NCBI GenBank assembly: GCA_949538735.1
Contig: CATGLK010000011.1
Span: 766-64,765 of the forward strand
Direction: 5' to 3'
Length of the DNA: 64,000 nucleotides
Origin: an uncultured Clostridia bacterium
GTDB taxonomy: Bacteria; Bacillota; Clostridia; TANB77; CAG-508
Shown here: positions 18,585-28,708 of the stretch, piece by piece
Layout: every line of letters starts with the position of its first letter
How positions within the stretch are numbered: position 1 is the stretch's first letter
Notes under the pieces: model-generated
Told to the model about the DNA's origin: nothing
Database searches by the model: none
The model's input: only the letters and a program-made list of their open reading frames with translations
Position numbers and translations under genes: made by a program

Positions 18585-18761
18585 TCTATTGCATATTTCT
18601 ACATATGCCTTATATTTTTTATTGCAGGTTTTCATTACTGCAATTTCGCCAATTGCATAGCTTTTTTTGCTACGCATTTTTAGTTTCCTTTCTAAAGCTT
18701 TCCGCGCTTTTCTTTCTGTATTTTCTGCTTCAGAATAGAGTGTTTTTGTGTCTTTAAGCAT
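18585..18761 (-). CDS. Possible small basic protein (58 aa) with a strong RBS
   Basis: aaaggagaaagtacaaaATG; MLKDTKTLYSEAENTERKARKALERKLKMRSKKSYAIGEIAVMKTCNKKYKAYVRNMQ. Below the 60-aa ORF cutoff. Contains one in-frame CGG. Confidence 0.3.
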
Positions 18762-18896
18762 TTTGTACTTTCTCCTTTATATTAATAAATGGATTCCCCT
18801 ATCTTGCACTAGGTGAATTTAACTATATGTTTATATTATAACATATTATTGATATTTTTACAAGACTCTTTTTTGTTATGTTTACTTTAGGTTATA

Positions 18897-21733
18897 TTAT
18901 AAATATTTCTCCAAAAATTTTCCTGTATAACTTCTTTCATTTTTACAGACTTGTTCTGGTGTACCAATGGCAACTACTTCTCCGCCGCCATCTCCACCTT
19001 CTGGTCCTAGGTCAATAATATGGTCACATGTTTTTATTAGGTCTAAATTATGTTCTATAACAATTATTGTATTTCCTGTATCAACTAGTCTTTGTAGAAT
19101 GTCAACTAATCTATGAACATCTGCTATATGTAGTCCTGTTGTCGGCTCGTCCAAAATATATAAAGTTTTTCCTGTTGCTCTTTTTGATAGTTCTGTTGCT
19201 AGTTTTACTCTTTGTGCTTCTCCTCCTGACAATGTTGTTGAAGGTTGTCCTAGTTTTATGTATCCTAATCCCACATCATATAGTGTTTGCATTTTTTGTT
19301 TTATTTTTGGTATTTTGTCAAAGAATTGTAATGCTTCTTCTACTGTCATATCTAGTACATCTGCTATTGTTTTTCCTTTATATTTTACTTCTAGTGTTTC
19401 TCTATTATATCTTTTTCCTTTACATACTTCACATGGTACATATATATCTGGTAAGAAGTGCATTTCTATTTTATGAACTCCGTCTCCATTACAGCTTTCA
19501 CACCTTCCGCCTGATACGTTAAAGCTAAATCTTCCTTTTTGATATCCACGCAATTTAGCTTCTTCTGTTGCCGCAAATATATCTCTTATTATGTCAAATA
19601 CTCCTGTGTATGTTGCTGGGTTTGAACGTGGTGTTCTTCCTATTGGTGATTGGTCTATATTTATAATTTTATCTATATTTTGTAGTCCTTTTACACTTTT
19701 ACATTTACCTGGTTTTTCATTTGCTCCATTTAGTTCTTTTGCTATTGTTTTGTATAAAACTTCATTTACTAATGTTGATTTTCCGTGAGCCTGAAACTCC
19801 TGTTACACAGTTAAATACTCCTAATGGAAATTTTACACTTATATTTTTTAGGTTATTTTCTGTTGCATCTTGTACTTCTATTACTTTTGATTTTACTGGT
19901 TTTCTTCTTTTTTTAGGTACTGCTATTTGTTTTCTTCCACTTAAGTATTGCCCTGTTACTGAGTTTTCCACTTGTTTTATTTCTTCTGCTGTTCCGCTGT
20001 GCCATTACTCTTCCACCATGTGTTCCAGCTCCTGGTCCTATATCAATTATTTGGTCTGCTGCATACATTGTGTCTTCATCGTGTTCTACTACAAGTAGTG
20101 TATTTCCTAAATCTCTTAATTTTTTTAGTGTTTCTAATAATCTATCATTATCTCTTTGGTGTAGCCCTATACTTGGTTCGTCTAAAATATATAGTACTCC
20201 TGTTAGCCCTGAACCTATTTGTGTTGCTAGCCTAATTCTTTGTGCTTCTCCTCCTGATAGACTTCCCGCATTTCTTGATAGTGTTAGGTATTCTAGTCCA
20301 ACATCTATTAAAAATTGTAACCTTTGGTCTATTTCTTTTAGTATTAATTCTGCTATCATTGCTTGTGTTTTTGTTAGTTCTAGCTTGTTTAAGTAGTCTT
20401 TTATTTTTCTTATTGACATTTCTGTTAGTTCATTTATGTTTTTGTCTCCTACTTTTATTGCTAATATTTCTGGTTTTAACCTTGCTCCATTACAAGCATG
20501 GCAGTGTGAATTTGTCATATACATTTCGTAGAAATCTCTCATTCCTTGTGATTTTGTTTCGCTGTGACGTCTGTCTAGTGTTGGCAATACTCCTTCAAAT
20601 GGTGCTGTAAATTTTCTTGTTCCTGCATAAGATGTGTATTCAAATTCAATTTCTTCGTCACCTGTACCATATAGTATTTTTTCCATAAACCAACGTGGTA
20701 GGTCTTTAATTTTTTTGTTCTTTATTTCTACTCCATAATGTTTTCCTATACTTTCGAAATACATCTTTGCCATTGTGTCGCCTTTTTTCATTGTGCTTGA
20801 GCCAAATGCTTTTATTCCGTCATATAGAGTTTTGTTTTTATCTGGTACAATTAGGTCTTCGTCCATTTTCATTAAATATCCTATTCCTGTACATTCTGGA
20901 CATGCTCCGAATGGATTGTTAAATGAAAACATTCTTGGCGTTAACTCTGGAAAACTAAATCCACAATCAGGACAAGCATAATTACAGCTATATAATATTG
21001 GCTTTTCTCCAACTATATCTATTAATACCATATTGTCCGCATATTTTAATGCTGTTTCTACTGATTCTGTTAACCTACTTATTATCTCTGGTTTTATTAC
21101 TAGTCTGTCTACTATTAATTCTATTTCGTGTTTTTTCTTTCTGTCTATTTCTATGTCGTCTGAAAGTTCGTATACTTCTCCATCTATTCTTACTCTTACA
21201 AATCCGTCTTTTTGGTATCCCTCTAATTGTTTTGTGTATTCACCTTTTCTTCCTCTTACTACTGGTGCTAATACTTGTATTTTTGTACCTTCTGGTAAAT
21301 TCATAATGTTGTCTATTATTTGATCTATGCTTTGTTTTTCTATTTTTTTATGGCAGTTTGGGCAGTATGGTGTTCCTATTCTTGCATATAGAAGACGTAT
21401 GTAATCATATATTTCTGTTACTGTTCCTACTGTTGAACGTGGATTTTTGGATGTTGTTTTTTGGTCTATTGATATTGCTGGTGATAGTCCGTCAATTCTT
21501 TCTACATCTGGCTTTTCCATTAGTCCTAAGAATTGTCTTGCATACGAAGATAAGCTTTCTACATATCTTCTTTGTCCTTCTGCATATAGTGTGTCAAATG
21601 CTAAACTAGATTTCCCTGAGCCTGATAGCCCTGTTATTACTACTAGTTTATCTCTTGGTATTTCTAAATTTATGTTTTTTAAATTGTGCTCTTTTGCACC
21701 TTTTATTGTTATTTTGTCATTCATTTTTTTCAC
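18897..21733 (-). CDS. uvrA: Excinuclease ABC subunit A, split into three ORFs by two +1 frame breaks (near 19996 and 19785)
   Basis: N-terminal part 19913..21733 ([21 protein letters not shown]...[14 protein letters not shown]). Middle part 19762..19971 ([24 protein letters not shown]...GVSGS). C-terminal part 18897..19553 (GKSTL...DEPTTGLH). Both breaks are an extra C before a GGA glycine codon. Confidence 0.85.
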
Positions 21734-21786
21734 CCCAAAACATTATACAATATTCCGAGTTAAAAAACAAGAGTTTGGTTTACATT

Positions 21787-22887
21787 TTATACATTTTCTA
21801 GTTCTAATTCTTCGTTTTTTAGTTCTTCTAGCTCTTCTTTGCTTATTTTCGTCATGTTCATTATTTCTTCATCTTTCATTTCATTTATTAACATCTCTCT
21901 TGCAATTTGTTTTATTCCTTGTCTTAGCCCTTGTTTCAATCCTTGTGCTATTCCTTGCTTCATCCCTTGTTGCATTCCTTGTTGCATTCCTTGTGCCATC
22001 CCTTGTGTCACACCTTTTTTTAGTCCACGTTTTACTGCTTTTGCCTCTTTATCTTTCACATACTCAACAAATAATTTTTCAAACATTAACATACTATCAC
22101 TTTCTCCCTTCTTTTCTAATTTTTCCAAATATTCATCAGCTACATCTGGTAATTCTTTTCTTACAAAATTTGAATATTTAAGCATAATTCTAATATATTT
22201 TATTTCATCTTGTGCTAAATCTTTTTTTAACAATCCTGATAATATTTTCTCAAACTCTCCTTTATTCCTTAATTTTTCAAATAGTATTACTTTGGATAAT
22301 CCTGTATTTTCCATTATTAATTTTTCTTTTACGTCATTTTTTATATCTATTAGGTCATATTTAGGATAATTTTGTGGTGGCACTTTATAGAAAGATTCTT
22401 GTGTTTCATCAATTGTTAATGGTGCTGTCCATTTTTCTTTCCCTGTATATAATACAATTGGAAATATTAATGGAGTTTTCTTTTTGTTTCGTCTTCTTAC
22501 ACTTCTAATTATTTCAATGCAATATTCTGTCATTCTGTTTGGCATATTGTAATCTACTTTGCTTTGCTGTTCTACTATTATGAATACATCTTTTTTAGAA
22601 ATTTTATATATTATGTCTGATTCTCTTATTTTCATTCCTGATGTCACAAATTTTCTGTTATATTTTTCTATGTCTTCTTCTTTCAAATTTTCAAATCCTA
22701 GACCTGGTTCATACTTTTTCAAAAATTCTAAGAATTCCTTTTTATCATCTAATATAATGCGAAATATTTTATCTCTATATTGATGTATTTCTTCTCTTCC
22801 ATATTCTTCTTCTGTATCATTTAGTGTGTATTTTATTGGAAAGCCACGAGAGTATTTCCAATAATCTACCATTGTGAATACTACCAT
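21787..22887 (-). CDS. Rpn-family recombination-promoting nuclease / putative transposase (YhgA-like, PD-(D/E)XK)
   Basis: 366 aa with the characteristic C-terminal QG repeats GMAQGMQQGMQQGMKQGIAQGLKQGLRQG. Confidence 0.65.
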   Translation of the reverse strand: MVVFTMVDYWKYSRGFPIKYTLNDTEEEYGREEIHQYRDKIFRIILDDKKEFLEFLKKYEPGLGFENLKEEDIEKYNRKFVTSGMKIRESDIIYKISKKDVFIIVEQQSKVDYNMPNRMTEYCIEIIRSVRRRNKKKTPLIFPIVLYTGKEKWTAPLTIDETQESFYKVPPQNYPKYDLIDIKNDVKEKLIMENTGLSKVILFEKLRNKGEFEKILSGLLKKDLAQDEIKYIRIMLKYSNFVRKELPDVADEYLEKLEKKGESDSMLMFEKLFVEYVKDKEAKAVKRGLKKGVTQGMAQGMQQGMQQGMKQGIAQGLKQGLRQGIKQIAREMLINEMKDEEIMNMTKISKEELEELKNEELELENV

Positions 22888-23056
22888 TCATTCATCTCCT
22901 TTAAGTATAATTTTTATTGATTTATTTGTCAATATTTATTTTTAGGTAAATATTGAGCTGATTTCGTATTTTCTTTATAATGCTCTTTTTTTCACCTTCT
23001 TTCGCCTGTTTTTTGTTTTTTGGATTTTTTTAGATTTAAATTTTTTGAATAAAATT

Positions 23057-23088
23057 AGTAGCAATACTTAAATTTGCATTGCTACTAT
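23057..23088 (-). terminator. fhs terminator
   Basis: Hairpin agtagcaat-N-attgctact downstream of the fhs stop. Confidence 0.45.
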
Positions 23089-23123
23089 ATATTACTACTT
23101 TTTATTTTAAATTTCAAGACTTT

Positions 23124-24782
23124 TTAAAAAATTCCTACTATTTCTCCATTTTTATCAATATCAATAGTTTCTGCTGCTGGTATTTTTGGAAGACCTGGCA
23201 TAGTCATTATTTTACCAGCCAATACGACCACAAATCCTGCTCCTGACTTTAATACAACATCTCTAACAGTTATATTAAAATCTTCTTTACATTCTAAGTT
23301 TTTTGCATCATCTGAAAATGAATACTGAGTTTTAGCTATACAAACTGGTAGATTTCCATATCCCAATTTTTCTATTCTATCTATCTCTTTTATAGCTTCT
23401 TCAGAATAATTTACATCTTTTGCGCCATATATTTTTGTTGCCACTTTAAAAATCTTATCTTTTATATTGTCTGTATCTTTATACATATATTTAAGCTCTT
23501 CTTTTTGGTCGACTAATTCTACTAATTTTTTAGCAATATCTATTGCACCTTCGCCACCTTTTGCCCAACCTTCTACTAGACTTAGTTGAACTTGTCTATC
23601 TTCAAGATTTTTTCTAATTTCATTAATGTCTTCTTCACTGTCATTTGCATATTTATTTAATGCAACTATAACATTTAGCCCAAATTTATTTTTTAGGTTA
23701 TCAATATGTCTATATATATTTTCCATTCCACCATGATATTTTATTGCTTTTACTGTTGCAACTATAACCACTGCGTCTGGCTGTAATCCTGTTTTTCTGC
23801 ATTTTATGTCTAAGAACTTTTCTGCTCCTAGGTCTGCTCCAAAACCTGCTTCTGTTACTACATAATCAGCTAATTTCAAGGCTGTTCTAGTTGCAATTAC
23901 ACTATTACATCCATGTGCTATATTTGCAAATGGTCCTCCATGTACTATTGCTGGTGTATGTTCCAATGTTTGTACTAAATTTGGTTTTATTGCATCTTTT
24001 AAAAGTACTGTCATAGCTCCTGCTGCATTTAACTGTTTTGCATAAATTGGCTTGTCCTCCTCATTGTATCCAACTATTATATTTTCTAGTTTTTGTTTTA
24101 AGTCTTGTAAATTTTCTGCTAGACACAATATTGCCATAATTTCAGAAGCAACACTTATAGCAAATCCGTCTTCTCTTGGAACTATTTTCTTTTCTCCTGA
24201 TAATCCTGTTTCAATTTTTCTCAATTGCCTATCATTTAAATCAACACATCTTTTCCATGTTACTTTTTTGAAATTCAATTCGTTTCCAAAATATATATGA
24301 TTATCAATTATGCTTGCCAACAAGTTATTTGCAGAAGTTATTGCATGTATATCTCCTGTAAAATGAAGATTTATATCTTCCATTGGCGCTATTTGAACTT
24401 TTCCGCCACCTGTTGCACCACCTTTTATACCAAAAACTGGCCCAAGTGAAGGTTCTCTTAATGCCAAAATTGAATTTTTGCCAATCTTTTTCAATCCGTC
24501 TGCTATTGCAATTGAAATGGTAGTTTTCCCTTCCCCTAAAGGAGTTGGTGTCATTGCTGTTACTAAAATCAATTTTCCATTTGGTTTATTTTTATTTTTT
24601 TCAAATATTTCATTTGAAATTTTAGCTTTATATTTTCCATACAACTCTAAATCATCTTCTGATATATCAAGTTTCCTTGCAATATCACTTATTTTTTCTA
24701 ATTTTGTATTTCTAGCTATTTCTATATCTGTCATTTCAATTTGCCCCCTTTTTTTAGTTGGAAAAGAATTAAATTTTAACAA
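23124..24782 (-). CDS. fhs: Formate--tetrahydrofolate ligase
   Basis: 552 aa. PTPLGEGKTT P-loop. Confidence 0.9.
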   Translation of the reverse strand: MLKFNSFPTKKRGQIEMTDIEIARNTKLEKISDIARKLDISEDDLELYGKYKAKISNEIFEKNKNKPNGKLILVTAMTPTPLGEGKTTISIAIADGLKKIGKNSILALREPSLGPVFGIKGGATGGGKVQIAPMEDINLHFTGDIHAITSANNLLASIIDNHIYFGNELNFKKVTWKRCVDLNDRQLRKIETGLSGEKKIVPREDGFAISVASEIMAILCLAENLQDLKQKLENIIVGYNEEDKPIYAKQLNAAGAMTVLLKDAIKPNLVQTLEHTPAIVHGGPFANIAHGCNSVIATRTALKLADYVVTEAGFGADLGAEKFLDIKCRKTGLQPDAVVIVATVKAIKYHGGMENIYRHIDNLKNKFGLNVIVALNKYANDSEEDINEIRKNLEDRQVQLSLVEGWAKGGEGAIDIAKKLVELVDQKEELKYMYKDTDNIKDKIFKVATKIYGAKDVNYSEEAIKEIDRIEKLGYGNLPVCIAKTQYSFSDDAKNLECKEDFNITVRDVVLKSGAGFVVVLAGKIMTMPGLPKIPAAETIDIDKNGEIVGIF

Positions 24783-24880
24783 GGAAAATTTTATTTAAAA
24801 GGCAAGGGCGCATACGTGTGTATGTAACCGCGTTTTAAATAAAATTTGACACAGTTAAAATTATAATTATTTTTCAACTA

Positions 24881-25336
24881 TTATACTAAAATTCCTGCAA
24901 TAAAGCCAATCAAAGCCCCCACAAAAACTTGTATTGGAGTGTGTCCTAACACTTCTACTAGTTTTTCAGAAACCTGTACTCCTGACAATCCCAGAGTTTC
25001 AATTAACTTGTTTAATAGAGTAGCTTGTTTTCCAGCTGCTCTTCTAACTCCACATGCATCATACATTACTACAAATGCTAAAATTAATGCTATTGCAAAT
25101 ATTGGTGTATTTACTCCTTCATATTTTCCAACTAGAGTTGCAAGTCCAGTTACTACTGCTGAGTGTGAACTTGGCATTCCTCCAGCTCCCATAATTCTTT
25201 TAAAGTTAAATTTCTTTGTTGTTACTAAGTCATATATTAATTTGAATAATTGTATTCCAAACCACAAAAAGAATGGTACATATATGTACTTATTTTGAAC
25301 AAATCCTAATAAATCGTTCATATTTTCCCCTTTCAT
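24881..25336 (-). CDS. Divergent PAP2-family membrane protein (DUF212)
   Basis: GAGGMPSSHSAVV motif. 151 aa. Confidence 0.65.
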   Translation of the reverse strand: MKGENMNDLLGFVQNKYIYVPFFLWFGIQLFKLIYDLVTTKKFNFKRIMGAGGMPSSHSAVVTGLATLVGKYEGVNTPIFAIALILAFVVMYDACGVRRAAGKQATLLNKLIETLGLSGVQVSEKLVEVLGHTPIQVFVGALIGFIAGILV

Positions 25337-25387
25337 ATTTTCCTTAAAATATCTCTCTATTTATTGTTTTCATAAAACATAATTATT

Positions 25388-25603
25388 CTATGCTTCAAAG
25401 TCTTCTTCTGATATTTCTCCGTCTTTATTGACTAACATAGTTATTTTCTTTTCTGCTTCTTCTAACATTTTGTTACAAGATTTAGATATTTTTATTCCTT
25501 CTTCAAATTTAGAAACTGAATCATCTAAGTTTAAGTCACCTTTTTCTAATTCGCCAACAATTTTTTCTAATTCTTCCATTTGTTCTTCAAAGTTTTTGCT
25601 CAT
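25388..25603 (-). CDS. xseB: Exodeoxyribonuclease VII small subunit
   Basis: 71 aa MSKNFEEQMEELEKIVGELE. Confidence 0.8.
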   Translation of the reverse strand: MSKNFEEQMEELEKIVGELEKGDLNLDDSVSKFEEGIKISKSCNKMLEEAEKKITMLVNKDGEISEEDFEA

Positions 25604-25663
25604 TTTGTGCTCCCTTCAACATCATTTATTCTAGGTATTCTATCCTGTAATTTCCTATACCCT

Positions 25664-26857
25664 TTACATTATTATCGCTTGTTTCTTTCCGTCTGCAAAC
25701 CTAATATCAACTAAATCATCTTTTTTTACATCATTTTTACTTTTTACAATTTTGCCTTCTTTTTCTGTAATTGAATATCCCCTATATAACGTCTTAAGTG
25801 GACTAAGTGTGTCTAGCTTTGCAATCATTTCAATATATCTTGATTTTTCTTTTTCTTGTATTGTTTTGATTTTATTTTCTAACTGTTTTATGTATAAATC
25901 TACTTTTAAGTAATTGTCATTAATTTTTCTCAATGGTTCTCTAAATGCTGAACTTGCCATACATTTTTCATAACGCATTTTCATTAATTCTACTTTTTTT
26001 ATTAATGCCATTTTTAATCTATCTTGATAGCTGTAAATTTTTCTTTGAACTTCATATATATCAGGCACTGCCAATTCTGCCGCAGCAGATGGTGTTGGTG
26101 CTCTTAGGTCTGCTACAAAGTCTGCTATTGTAAAGTCTGTTTCATGTCCCACTGCTGATATTACTGGTATTTTAGATTTATATATACTGTGTGCAACAAT
26201 TTCTTCATTAAATGGCCATAGATCTTCTAATGACCCTCCACCTCTTGCTATAATTAGAACATCGGCTAAGTTATTTTCACTCATAAAGTCTATTCCTTGA
26301 GCAATTTTTTCTGCTGCTCCTTCACCTTGTACTGGTACTGGTAATAGCTTGATATTGACATTTGGATTTCTTCTTGTTGATACATTGATTATATCTCTTA
26401 TTACAGATCCTGTTTGTGATGTTAAAACACCTACTACCTTAGGTAACATTGGAATTTTTTGTTTATGTATTTCGTCAAAAAGTCCTTGTTCTTCTAATCT
26501 TGCCTTTAATTCTTGATATTTTGTGTATAGGTCTCCTAATCCGTCTTCTTCCATTGTTCTTGCATAAATTTGATAAACTCCGTCTCTTTCAAACACAGAT
26601 ACTCCGCCCAAAATCATAACTTTCATACCGTCTTTTGGCATGAAAGTTAGTTTTTGTGCATAGGTTTTAAACATTATACATTTTATTAGCGAATTTTCAT
26701 CTTTTAATGTAAAATACATATGTCCTGTGTAATGGTTTTTAAAGTTTGATATTTCGCCTTTTATTAATATGTTGTTTAGGTTTTCGTCATCTGCTATTTT
26801 ATCTTTTATATATCGATTTAAATCAGAAACTGTTATTGCTAAATTTGCATATTTCAT
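25664..26857 (-). CDS. xseA: Exodeoxyribonuclease VII large subunit
   Basis: 397 aa with OB-fold N-terminus, adjacent to xseB. Confidence 0.85.
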   Translation of the reverse strand: MKYANLAITVSDLNRYIKDKIADDENLNNILIKGEISNFKNHYTGHMYFTLKDENSLIKCIMFKTYAQKLTFMPKDGMKVMILGGVSVFERDGVYQIYARTMEEDGLGDLYTKYQELKARLEEQGLFDEIHKQKIPMLPKVVGVLTSQTGSVIRDIINVSTRRNPNVNIKLLPVPVQGEGAAEKIAQGIDFMSENNLADVLIIARGGGSLEDLWPFNEEIVAHSIYKSKIPVISAVGHETDFTIADFVADLRAPTPSAAAELAVPDIYEVQRKIYSYQDRLKMALIKKVELMKMRYEKCMASSAFREPLRKINDNYLKVDLYIKQLENKIKTIQEKEKSRYIEMIAKLDTLSPLKTLYRGYSITEKEGKIVKSKNDVKKDDLVDIRFADGKKQAIIM

Positions 26858-26860
26858 TTT

Positions 26861-27274
26861 TTAATCTTCCTTTTGTTCTTTTACAACACTTGCTAATATT
26901 CCATTAACAAAGTTTTTTGAATTGTCTTCTCCGTATTTTTTTGCTAGTTCAACTGCTTCGTTTATAACTACTTTAAATGGTATTTCTTTGTATTTTATTT
27001 CATATATAGCAAGTTTTAATATTGATAAATCCATTTTAGAAATTCTTTCAATTTTCCAGTCAGATTTCAAGTTTTTTTCTATATTTTGAATTATCTCTTC
27101 TTTGTTGTTTTCAATTCCTAAAACTGCGTCTTTTATGTATTCTATTGCATCTTTGCTTTTTATATTGTTACTTTCTATATATAGTTCTACTTGTTCTTCC
27201 AGGTTTTCTTGCTTTTGTATTTCTAAGCTATATATTAATTTGAATGCTTGCTCTCTTATTTCTGAACGATTCAT
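26861..27274 (-). CDS. nusB: Transcription antitermination factor NusB
   Basis: 137 aa. [19 protein letters not shown]. Confidence 0.85.
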   Translation of the reverse strand: MNRSEIREQAFKLIYSLEIQKQENLEEQVELYIESNNIKSKDAIEYIKDAVLGIENNKEEIIQNIEKNLKSDWKIERISKMDLSILKLAIYEIKYKEIPFKVVINEAVELAKKYGEDNSKNFVNGILASVVKEQKED

Positions 27275-27298
27275 TTTATTCCCCTTCTATATTTAAAT

Positions 27299-27502
27299 CT
27301 ACATTTTGTCGATAAAATTTTTCAATTTTGTTTTTACAAAGTCTTTATTGTTTTGTACATAATTTCCAACAAATGCTCCTAAAATTAGTACAACAATTGC
27401 TAGTATTAAATCGTGTAATCTAGTTATAAGTATTAATGTTGCAATTATAACTCCAATAATTGCACCTTTATATTGATTCCAGAATTCTTTAAATCCACCC
27501 AT
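27299..27502 (-). CDS. DUF2273 small membrane protein
   Basis: 67 aa with two TM segments. Conserved partner of amaP/asp23. Confidence 0.6.
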   Translation of the reverse strand: MGGFKEFWNQYKGAIIGVIIATLILITRLHDLILAIVVLILGAFVGNYVQNNKDFVKTKLKNFIDKM

Positions 27503-27539
27503 TTTATCATGTTCCTTTCTATTTCATCTTTATAAAAGT

Positions 27540-28097
27540 TTATGCTTCTTCTTGTTTTGGTTTTGCTGCAACTTTTTTTACTGTAATATTCACTTCTTTT
27601 ACTTCTAAATCTGTTGCCATTTTTATTTTTTCTTTTATTTTAGCTTGAAGATTTGCTGATAAATCTTTTATTATTGCATCTGATGTTACTATTAAATTAA
27701 CAAATACTTTTACATTGTTTTCTTTATCTAATTCTACTCTTGTTATTACATCTTCTGCACTTTGGAAGTTCAATGCTACTGAGTTTACTAAGTTTTCAAT
27801 TGTTTCTTTTGATATCATTAATTTTCCACTTTCGTTTTCTAGTAAAACTCCTTGTCTTTCTTTTATTTGTTCTTTTGATGTTGAGTCAAAGAATATGCAT
27901 CTAATTGAAAGTAAAATAAATACAATACTTATTCCAAGTAGTATTTTGCTTGATACTTCCCCTGCTATAATTTGATTTACTATTCCTCCTACTAGTGATG
28001 TGTCTAGCCACCCAAATACTAGTAAACATAGTATTATTGATAAAATCAATATAATGTTTGAATATATGATTAGTGTAAGTTTTTCTAAAATTTTCAT
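27540..28097 (-). CDS. amaP: Alkaline shock response membrane anchor protein AmaP
   Basis: N-terminal TM segments. Located upstream of asp23. Confidence 0.6.
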   Translation of the reverse strand: MKILEKLTLIIYSNIILILSIILCLLVFGWLDTSLVGGIVNQIIAGEVSSKILLGISIVFILLSIRCIFFDSTSKEQIKERQGVLLENESGKLMISKETIENLVNSVALNFQSAEDVITRVELDKENNVKVFVNLIVTSDAIIKDLSANLQAKIKEKIKMATDLEVKEVNITVKKVAAKPKQEEA

Positions 28098-28150
28098 TTC
28101 TTTTTTTCTCCTTTTCGTGTTTCTTTTATTATTTTAATTTTGTTTATATC

Positions 28151-28600
28151 TTAGTTTTCGCTATTTTCGCTTTCATTGCTTTCTTCTTGTTTTTCTGCTT
28201 TTACAACATCTGTGTTAACACCTTGAACGTGTACATTTACTTCTTCTACTTTTAATCCTGTCATATTTTCTACTGCTTTCTTTACTTTTGTTTGGATTTC
28301 AAATGCTACGTCTGGGATTCTTGTTCCATATTCTACTATGATGTTTACATCTATTTTTGCATCTGTGTCTGCTACTTCTACTTTTATTCCTTTTGCTAGG
28401 TTCTTCTTTCCACTTAGTACTTCACTTATTCCACCTGCAAATCCGCCTGACATTCCTGCTACTCCTGGCACTTCTGATACTGCTACTCCTGCTATTACTG
28501 CTACTACGTCATCTGATATTTTTATTCCGTTGTCTTCTGCTGTTGTTGTTATTTCGCTTTCTAGTTCTACAATCTCTTCATTCTTATTTTCTTCACTCAT
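28151..28600 (-). CDS. Asp23/Gls24-family envelope stress protein
   Basis: 149 aa. ...VIAGVAVSEVPGVAGM... is typical of Asp23. Confidence 0.8.
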   Translation of the reverse strand: MSEENKNEEIVELESEITTTAEDNGIKISDDVVAVIAGVAVSEVPGVAGMSGGFAGGISEVLSGKKNLAKGIKVEVADTDAKIDVNIIVEYGTRIPDVAFEIQTKVKKAVENMTGLKVEEVNVHVQGVNTDVVKAEKQEESNESENSEN

Positions 28601-28708
28601 TTTTCTTCCTCCTTTTAAGTATTCTTTGTAAAAAAAAATATACTTATTTTTCTCGTTATAAGTATATCAATTTTTTCCTTTTTTTACAACTGTTTTCACA
28701 AAAAATCC

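Noticed and set aside
24783-24880. Possible THF riboswitch in the fhs 5' UTR (GC-rich stretch ggcaagggcgcatacgtgtgtatgtaaccgcg).
   Set aside because: Only vague resemblance to THF-aptamer elements. The UTR is ~100 nt with no clear expression platform. This cannot be supported without a covariance-model scan.
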